A stretch of DNA of 64,000 nt from Amoeboaphelidium protococcarum X5 (taxonomy: Eukaryota; Fungi; Aphelidiomycota): assembly GCA_023515725.1 (NCBI GenBank), contig JALDTO010000142.1, positions 620,001 through 684,000 on the forward strand. Reading direction: 5' to 3'. The notes below the pieces were generated by a model. The model was not told where the DNA came from. It saw only the letters and a list, made by a program, of their open reading frames with translations, and ran no database searches. Positions 55,127 through 64,000 of this stretch are shown one piece after another (the stretch's first letter is position 1; each line of letters starts with the position of its first letter). The translations under genes were made by a program, and so were the position numbers.

Positions 55127-57091
55127 TCAAACAGTTATCCAGAGAAAATGAATGAGCAAAGCGAACATTATCATCTTATAATGCGACAACGATAGCAAGG
55201 CTCGTCCTGGGTCATTAGACGTAGAAGTTGGCGTTGCTGTGAACGCCATCGTAGTAGTGGACATTAAATTTGACTTTGTAGGTGAAGCAGCTGTTGTGGT
55301 AATTGGGATTTTAGGCGTCGTTGTAGTAACCGTCTTTGTAGCTGAAATAGTAGGCAATCTAGTAGAAGGCGTCCCCGCAGCAGTGATAGTCAAACTATTC
55401 GCAGTAATCGTAGTCTATGTCGTCAAAGTCGAGGTAAATGATGTCTGCACAGTCGCGGTAGAGGAAGTCGTCGTCGTCGTAGTAGTAGTACTTGTAGTCG
55501 TGGTCGTTGTAGTAGTAGTTGTCGTGGTCGTAGTAGTTGTAGTTGTTGTAGTTGTTGTCGTGGTTGTAGGAGGAGTAGGAACACTTAGACCGTCCAAGTA
55601 CTTAGCAAATACCATACCACTAGCAGTTGTTGGCAAATTCGCGACTTGATTAGATGCACTATCAAAGAATGCGGACGCGCCATTAAAAGTACCCGCAATA
55701 ACTAGACTATTATTCAACCCCTCCAGTAGAGCATTGACACTGATACCATTAGAGCCACGGAAACTATACAAAAACTTTCCGGATGGATTAAACTTCAATA
55801 CAGTCGACGGAGATGATACAATTATCGTGCTGTTATCAAATCCATCAGTCACCACTGCAGAGGACGATGAGAACTTAATTGCCACATACACATTAGAATC
55901 AGTATCAACTGCACTACTAACCGCTTGATCGTCGCCATATCCTTCCATTGTTGCAACGTATGTAAGAGAACCGTCCGGGCTATAAGTCGCCACAAATGCA
56001 CTAGACCCTGCTTGACTGTTATCCACTTCGCGGATCGACTATCCGTTTGAATCATAGAATCTAAGAGGTGACGATGTGTTCTAAAACTTACCCACAAGAG
56101 TGACATTTCCGTTTGGTGACACACTCAGTGCTGATGGTGAAGCTTAAGAATCGTCAATACGAACCAGCCATTAGAAGTAACCTGCGGTGCTGAACTTGGC
56201 CAGAAACGTTGCAGACTTCAAAATCATATTGCTCTGTTATGTAATGTTCAGCGAAGTATATGGATCGCGAATACCAAGTAAGCCAATAGGAGTCTTGTAA
56301 CCATTCTGCACAGTATCCCCAAAAGTGAACGTGCCAGCAACATAAACATCACCAGTGGCTTAAGACACGGCAATAGCAGATTCACAAAATGCGGTTGCAG
56401 CATACCCAATATTTACTTTCCATTGCTGATTAGTACTTGGATTGATCTTGCGCAAGTTGCAGACAGTAGTTGTTGTACTGAATGACGATCCATTGTACAC
56501 ATAAGATAGAGCCTAGTTAGCTGTTGACAACTGAAAGATATTGTTCTCCGCATCAACTGCAAGCCCTTTAATTGCAGAAAATTCATCAGACAAGAATTCA
56601 GCCCATAGAAATTGACCTTGACGCGACCATTTAGCCTGCCATGAGGTTGTTGTACCTTGCGACAACGTATAGTCTAGCTACCCATTAAAGTAAAAGCTCA
56701 AAGAAGCAGCGGAAGATTAAAGTTGACCCGTGGCGATCAGATTACCCAGATTATCCGTGGTCAACTAATAGCTATAGGCGCTTTGAGGTCCAGACATGGA
56801 GATGGTCCACAGAATCTTGCCAGTAGATCCGCTTACCTTCACAAACGAAGATGAAAACTGGCCATAGTTGAAGTTCTGTGTATTCTGAACAGCACCGCCA
56901 AAAGAGGTGGCAAACTAAGACTGAACTCCTACATACCAATAGGAGACAATGAAATCGCCATAAGAATCAGTCACAGTATCAACGTAGCTATTCCAGTTGT
57001 TAGATAGCGTGCCCACCCAAGAGACGTTGGCATATTGACTCACCACAGCCGTTGCAATGTAGCAGATGATTAGGATCACAGACATAAGCAT
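55127..57091 (-). CDS. Secreted, probably GPI-anchored surface protein: SBBP-like beta-propeller plus Thr-rich stalk, 654 aa
   Basis: N-terminal signal peptide, about 7 repeats of the type [IL]AxDxxGNxY[VI]xG, a poly-Thr run and a hydrophobic C-terminal tail. Confidence 0.75.
55468..55566 (-). repeat. Coding (ACN)n poly-threonine tract
   Basis: About 33 near-consecutive Thr codons with mixed third positions. Confidence 0.9.
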
Positions 57092-57893
57092 TAGTTTTGT
57101 AAGATCAGATTGAATTGGTCACTAAATTCAGTTCAGATAAGAAAATACCTATTGAAATAAGGTGCAGTAGATGAGATCAGGGACATGCGTTGGTAAGAGT
57201 ATTTGTAATCAATGCAACATCATTAAGCTAAATTTAGCGTTTTTCAGAATATTCTGCAACTACAGGCATCATTTGTCACCATGATGAATTGATCAATGGA
57301 GCTCCGTTGTAATATATCACTTTGAAATATATTAATAGCATAGACACGTTCAGTCAAAGTCTGAAGTGAAAGAATTAACAATTTGAGTACTACAGTGGTG
57401 GCGCTTCATACATAATGCTGTTCGTACGACTCTTGGGCTTGCCTTACGTTAACATGAGGCCGTTCAAAGTCCTATGTTGAAATGGAAAAATCACGAATAT
57501 CAAAAGAACTGGTGTGTAAGCTGTTTTATGCCACTCTGGATATAGTAGCAGAATAGTTACGTTAGATTATTAACCGCGTAGATCGTATGGGGGAGAAACA
57601 GCGCACATTGATCAATCAAAGAACCATGAACATATGAACATCAATTTAAGTAGAATCATGAAAATTTACAGTGCCCATATCCATAATAAATCATGCACAG
57701 GCTTCTCATCATTGGACATTTTTACTGCATCAAAACACGTGTTTTAAGGTAAGCATCATCCTTTTCAATGACGTAGTTGAATCACCTGCGTGGTATAAAG
57801 TTCCCGTTTCGATTGCGTCACTTTTAGTCTTTATTGTCTTTACAACGTATAATTTACTCTTTTTAATAAATATCATTAAGCTAAACGAACGCT

Positions 57894-58694
57894 ATGAATA
57901 CCGTAAAGATATCTATCGCTTTGGCCTTGTTAGTTTCGGTGCTTGCCGTTCCAACAATCTCTGATATCAATGATGCACTTGGCCTTGATTACTCTCAGTC
58001 TCCCCCTGATCAGTGTCCTCCTACTGGTTTGCGCTCAGTTCCAAACTTGAACTTGACTGCCTACACATCTGACCGTTGGTTTGTCCAGTATCAGACTGCC
58101 AACTCTTACCAGTCTCCTGATCAGTTGTTTTGTGTGTCTGCATATTACAAGATTCAGTCTGTTGGTCAGGATCCTTCCTGGTTCAATTCCTTCTTCAGAT
58201 GGATCAGATATGGCCCCGGTGTAACCACTATTGATGTGTACAACTACGCTAACCGTGGTGTGAATGGTGAAGTTACTCAAGGTAATCTGTCAGCTATTGC
58301 TCTTGACGCGTAGAACAATCCTGGAGACCTGTTGGTTGGTCCTGGGTTCCTTCCTCGTTGGTTCTATGGTCCTTACACCATTGTGGCTGCATATCCCGGA
58401 CCGGATAGATACGACTGGGCAATCATTAGCGGCGGTCTACCTAAGAATAAGAATGCTACTACTGGATACTGCAGTACTAACAGCGCTGCATCCTCCACTG
58501 TTTTTGATAATGGAAACGATCAAGGTTTTTGGTTCTTCCACCGCAAACAAGTAGCATCTGCATCTGAGATTGACACAATGTTCAAAACTGCCAAGGCTCT
58601 TGGATACGAGACTGGTAGCTTGATCAAGGTGTAGCAAGACGGTTGTGAGTACAAGAATATCCAGTTTGGCGTTGATCCTACTTCTTCAGAGTGA
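57894..58694 (+). CDS. Secreted lipocalin-fold protein, 266 aa
   Basis: Signal peptide, SCR1-like LNLTAYTSDRWF, FCVSAYY, GPYTIVA..YDWAIISG, SCR3-like GFWFFHRK, and C-terminal ALGY..LIKVQQDGCEY. Confidence 0.75.
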
Positions 58695-58790
58695 TTTTTG
58701 AATCACATTGTCGCTTTTACTGTATTTGAAATGAAGAATGAATGAATGAAAATAATATTATTGAAATATATATTGAGTCCTGAGATTTAC

Positions 58791-60014
58791 TCATTCTATC
58801 ACCGCAGTGGCATAGTTGAGCACTGCGCGAATTCCATTTATCCCTTTTAAGATTAGCTCCATTGAAGGATTTTCACTCTGTTAAATCAGCTCAATCTCGG
58901 CACTGAATTGAGATACAGCAGCATCGTGAATGCGTTATAACTCAACAGTACCACATTTCAAGTCTTTACATAAAGCCAGTAATCTCTCAATCTTGAATAT
59001 CAAATGTCGATTCAATCTTCCATCCGAAATCCAACCATCGCTATCAATATTCTAAATGTCCATTATCAAAGTTATGATTTCTCCTCGCACAGCTTCATCT
59101 TAGAGCTTATTCATGCCGCCTTCGTTAGGGATATACGGTGTGGCATTGTTATCTCCGTCATAAAAGGACTAAGTAACCACATGATGAGATGCACTCAGCA
59201 TTGAAGGTACTCTGACCTGAATAGATTCACGATTGATCGACGGGTCAATGAAAGACTCTCTAGCAGCATCTTGGAAATTGTAAGAGGCAAACTCAGAATT
59301 TGGACGATCTTAACTAAGTGCAGATGGGGTGAGAGGAGACGTGTTGAAGCGCGTAAGTCTAAATGATTTCTTCACTGCTGGAGGCAAAGTCTCAACAAAC
59401 TCTGGTTATGATAAGGCAGATGTACTGAGAGACTTTGTAATGAGCATGTTCTTTTTAATCTATGTTGTCCAAAAATATCCAGTGATTCCATTCAAGAGTT
59501 TAAGCCAGCACTCAGTCTCCTGAATTGAGTCGCTGACAATGTACATTTCGAAAATGCCATTAACTTCGCCGGCATTACACCTGATCATCAACAGATCTCC
59601 CTGCACCGAGGCATATCGCGCCCTGTTGAAAGCATTAGCCAGCGAAGACATAAAGCCAGTCTCTTCTTTACTCTCACTCTGCAGAATATCAAAATCTTCG
59701 GCAAGTGTTCGATTCTTTACGCGTCTAATACTATCCAGCTGGTGAGCATTAATCTAGCAAATTGGCAAGTGATTAGATTCGGCTGAAACAGCAGCAGACT
59801 TGTAAAAAGATAATTTCTCAGACACTTCGTCCCATCTGAGGTGCATCCTCTTCCAGCTTGCTTGTTGATTTACCACATCTATCAGCTGTTTCAGCCAAAG
59901 ATTTGAGACTTTTGCATCTGAGCGTATCGAAACATTGTTAAATCTTGCATATACATATCCTTGATATCCCTGCGGCAGATTATTGATACTTCCACTATTC
60001 TTTCGCGCCCACAT
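58791..60014 (-). CDS. PH-domain protein with low-complexity linker and C-terminal helical domain, 407 aa
   Basis: TGA-free frame. YQGYVY..SWKRMHL..LSFYKS..ETECWLKLL gives a PH pattern. Confidence 0.6.
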
Positions 60015-60159
60015 TTTTTTATATAATGCTATTGTAATAAATTGGGTTTTTATATATGAAAAAGGTTTAATTGAATCTATTAATAAACTACAATTACTGG
60101 GCAGTTAAAATCGGAGAGTTTGATTGTGTGACGTTATTTTCAGCTTCGCGGATCTAAAT

Positions 60160-61241
60160 ATGGCATCCTAAACAGAGTTCACTTTCAATGGCTTCCTCGC
60201 TGGCATATTATCTGGTAGGAAAGTATCATTGATAAATATTGAATCCCCTCATTATTAAATCGGAAGAATGTGTAGGTATAACCAAGCTGTTTGTCGGTCA
60301 GCCATTTGATACGATCAAAGTTAGGATGCAGACTTAAACGAGAGCGTTCAACTCGTCCACTCTCAATGCCGCCCGGTAGACTCTGATCAAGGAAGGTCTA
60401 CGAGGATTCTACAAAGGTAGCTCGCCTCCTATCTTTGGATGGATCCTTATGGACAGTGTCGGACTGGGTAGTTTGGAGAATTATCGGAGGATGCTGCGGC
60501 AGTATAATGTCAATAATGGTCACCGGAAGGATTCCTCGCTCTCGTACCTACAGCATGGAATCGCGGGAACTCTCTCCGGACTGACGGTCACATTTGTCGC
60601 CACTCCCATTGAACTTCTCAAGGCCCAGATGCAGATACAGTATAGCAGTGACACCACAATATATCGATCGCCACTCCACTGTGCCCAATATATCCTAAAG
60701 AATGATGGAATATTTGGTATGTGGCGAGGTTTGAGCGGAAATTTTTTATTTAGAGGCCAGTTCTGCTTCCTATGGTCATCGTATTAGTTCTATTATGACT
60801 GGATAAAGTAGTATGATTTTGTCTCATCATAGTTCATACCGCTGATATGTGGTGGCTTATCAGCAAACACTTTCTGGTGTATTGCGTTTCCTGGTAAGAT
60901 TATCATCATCATTGGAGATTAGATATCTATAATCATTCGACTGCAATCAATGTAGCTGATGTTATTAAGAATAGAATGATGTGCGCAGACTTGCGATAAA
61001 GGCGATATTTGACGGTGGTTGAAGTGGCAAAACAGGTTTACAAAAGCGGTAACATATTGATTGCTCTTGATGAAAACTTCATTTCATGCATAAGCGCGTA
61101 TCTACTCATTATTGTTCATGTGTAGGAGGAGTCAAAGCATTTTACCGCGGATTTCTGCCCTGTATTCTGAGATCATTCCCAACCAATGGCGCTGCTCTAT
61201 ATGTGTATCACCTTGTGTTTAATACGTTAGAATAGTAATGA
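60160..61241 (+). CDS. Mitochondrial carrier (SLC25; Ymc1/Crc1-like); introns 60215-60275, 60894-60955, 61049-61125
   Basis: Three Px[DE]xxK signatures (PFDTIKVR, PIELLKAQ, PADVIKNR) and FYRGFLPCILRSFP. Confidence 0.9.
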
Positions 61242-61353
61242 TAATAACCGTGATGAGATTAACTTGATCATTCATTTGTTGTTGAATCACTTGATCTTTC
61301 ACTTTTACTCCTGATGATAAAACTGAAGTTTAAACTTCTCTTCTCCTCTGAAA

Positions 61354-62157
61354 ATGCATTTCTTTATTGTAAATATCATCTTGACTTTCTTACTAGGAAT
61401 CAACTTAATTATTATTGGAATATCTGCTTAGAATATGAATACTTTTTCAATTTAAAGACCGTATAAACTAGAGTCGATGACTGGTGGGTGTAATGCAAAA
61501 GATGTGATGATCCATGTGACAACAGAGAAGATAATACCGAATGTTAATGAACTGTAGAATGCACTCGCAAACACCCAGTTCACCATCAAGTATCAATCTG
61601 ATGCATGGAAAGAGTCTTATCCAATGTAGAATGAATTAATTCTGAGTTAGAAGAATGGCGATGCGGTGTAGATCAAGTTATGGGAACAGGTGATTGACAT
61701 TGTAAGAAAGCAGTTGAATTTGATGGGATTTGAAGAACTGGATGGACAGTCAGTTGCCGGTATTCAGCAATAACAATAATAATAGTAATCAACCCAGCCG
61801 CCATTAGAGTATCAGATGCATAGTATGGGTGATACTGAAAAGCCATAGGATCAAGTAGATAGTCAGTTCGTATCATTTGTTCTATATGTTGATATCCCTC
61901 AGCGGGAATAGGTATCTCATCATCTTCAGTAATCTTTGAAGGAGTTGTTGTCCTCTAGTAAAAATAATAATTCGGGGCTTTAATTCAAGTCAGCTGAGCC
62001 TCAGTGGGATGGTCAATGGCTTGATACCGCTCCGAGACTGTAGACGTATTATCTGCTGAGATTCCCGTCAGATGCTAGCCAAGTTCAAATTGGACGCGAC
62101 TGCGACACTTTTAAAGCTTATCTAGAGCAAGTGATGGGATTCACTCAGGTTGGCTGA
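61354..62157 (+). CDS. Orphan secreted protein with two internally similar domains, 267 aa
   Basis: Absent from the ORF track. TGA-free frame with a signal peptide and a poly-Q linker encoded by CAG/CAA/TAA/TAG. Both halves end in ..MGF. Confidence 0.65.
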
Positions 62158-62250
62158 TTATGGTTTTGGGCTTGGTGTACGTACAGTTAAAAGGATATAT
62201 ATTACTATGTGGATGAATCTATAATACAAATTTTATCTATCTCATCGTGT

Positions 62251-62276
62251 CATCATGTCATGTCATGTCATGTCAT
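62251..62276. repeat. Short (CATGT)n microsatellite overlapping the OXLD1-like stop codon
   Basis: catcatgtcatgtcatgtcatgtcat. Confidence 0.7.
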
Positions 62277-62618
62277 TGTGGATTTATAGCCTTCTTTTAT
62301 AAGCTTTAATTCTTCTTCGTTCCAAATATTTTATTAACCAGGGTGGTGGTGTTTATATAATTTCTACAATTACTGAGTGTACTCCTTCATCTAGTCGTCG
62401 TATACGGTATAGACACACATCACGCATCCATCTCCACAACAATCATCAGCATCGGGCTCAACAGGCCGCACCGGTTTCCTCACTGACTATTATTATAATT
62501 ATCTTTATTATTACTATACTATTTGTGATGATGAAAACTTTGCAGATATTTGCAGCCGTGATAAGGTCCAACTTGTACGGCATAATCTGCTCCATACAAG
62601 CGGATATAATAAAGTCAT
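62268..62618 (-). CDS. Oxidoreductase-like domain protein (OXLD1-like), 116 aa
   Basis: Absent from the ORF track. Transit-like N-terminus followed by PVRPVEPDADDCCGDGCVMCVYTVYDDQM. Confidence 0.82.
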
Positions 62619-62740
62619 TCGCTAATATCGAAGGAACTCTAAGAGGAAAAACGATATGTGAGGAGATTCAATTCAAGATCAAGTCACAATGTCACAATAA
62701 TTGAAATCTATAAGAATTGATGTACAAATACTCATTCTAT

Positions 62741-64000
62741 TCATCCAATGTAGTGTGATGCTTCTAGTAACTGGCCTTTGTGACGCCTGTAATCAAGCCA
62801 GACAATGACAATACTGAATAGGGAGGCCAGGAACGCTTCACTGGCGAAAAACGACTCCACGTACACAAACTCTTCCGGTGTGGTGATCGTTCCTTTATCC
62901 ACAATCTGCGGAGTTGCTATAGGTCGGCTAATCAACTGTATTACTGCAGCTATAATTGGCACTATAGCAAGAGATAAATTCATAGCGGATGTTGCCACGC
63001 CATATGCAATCGCCAATTTCTCTGAGGATTCTGGCTCGGGTTCGTCCACTGTCTCCTCTACTTATCTGTCCATCACTTATTCAGATTGGACGCGTCTTCT
63101 TCTATTCTGTGACAAGAGTGGTGTATTGGCTGACTTGAACATTGTATGCTCAGTGTTGTAAAAGTCATCAAACTGTTCATTTACATAACCTTCAGATCTA
63201 TTTGCAGGAGAATCTTTCTAATTGTTATAAATGATACCCAGGCCATCTATACGACCGTTTTATGACTCCGTCTACTTGCCAATTCTCTTTTGATCAACAG
63301 AAAATGCACGTGATGCTGCAAGTAGAGGGAGCGAAGTGGTGCTTACTCGCTAATCAACAAGCACCTACTGTAAGGTGGGAGACCTTGTTAGCTACTGACT
63401 CCTTGACTAATGTCCCATGGTATTGTATCGTTTCAAGTGATTAATGTGCACCTGTCTAATCAGAGGTGAAGCGGTGGAACTGGATGCCGCGATAGTAAAC
63501 GCATTTTAATTTATAAGCGGACTTGACTCTTCATTTACATCAGCATGAGAGTCGTATTACAATTTCCCATTAAGGAATTAATCATCAGAGATGGGCAATT
63601 ATTATTGAGCAACTTCCGACGGCCCACTGAACAGGCACGCTATTGAGCTCCAGTAAGCAACACCAAAGAAACTATAAGATAATCCGAGAACAACCAGCGG
63701 AAGGATAGGAATCACTGTAAATTATGATATTTTACCTTCACTGTCAGTCGGATCTGTGAATCCCATAATCAAATGCACGGTCCCCATGAGGAAACAGCAG
63801 AGAAACATAACAGATCCTCTACGTCCATACCGGTCTATAATATATCCACTCACGGGGACCAGCACGGCGCAGATAGTATCCGCTATAGCCATAAAGGATC
63901 CTGCCACACTCAGCCGATTATCATAAGAAAGTGGAACGAACTTGGTCAACATCAAATCGATAATCACATTATTAAAAGGTACTATAGTTCCATAGATACA
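62741..64000 (-). CDS. MFS transporter (MFSD1-like), C-terminal part; 5' end outside window
   Basis: PVSGYIIDRYGRRG, LGIIYSFFGVAYWSSIA and AYGVATSAMNLSLAIVP in a continuous TAR-readthrough frame ending in TGA at 62741-62743. Confidence 0.82.

Noticed and set aside
55239-55649. Poly-valine ORF on the + strand
   Set aside because: It is the antisense shadow of the poly-Thr stalk gene.

Overview
Very compact, intron-poor eukaryotic nuclear DNA with fungus-like (holomycotan) genes. It uses a non-standard genetic code: TAA and TAG are read as glutamine and TGA is the only stop (translation table 6 type). This is why the supplied standard-code ORF track is fragmented. Re-translated by eye, the window holds about 39 genes in 64 kb, all ending in TGA, with 10 short GT-AG introns that all end in TGTAG. 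A fungal-type gene set with TAR=Gln fits the alga-parasitic aphelid Amoeboaphelidium protococcarum; that assignment is inference, not shown by the sequence. Most genes are housekeeping (P4-ATPase, RRP45, p24, EPL1, myosin-I, SWI3/RSC8, AP-2 alpha, UTP10, CysRS, CCT7 and others). The most notable accessory features are: a 556-bp non-autonomous hAT element with an 8-bp target-site duplication, inserted in the 3' coding end of a divergent MATH-BTB-like gene; an intact stand-alone Ty3/gypsy Gag capsid-like gene with no pol or LTR; an AP-2 alpha-adaptin with no ear domain; an amoeboid-type myosin-I; and a group of secreted or surface genes at 55-62 kb (GPI-anchored beta-propeller/Thr-stalk protein, an alga-like lipocalin, an orphan two-domain secreted protein). 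All coordinates were derived manually and no database searches were run.
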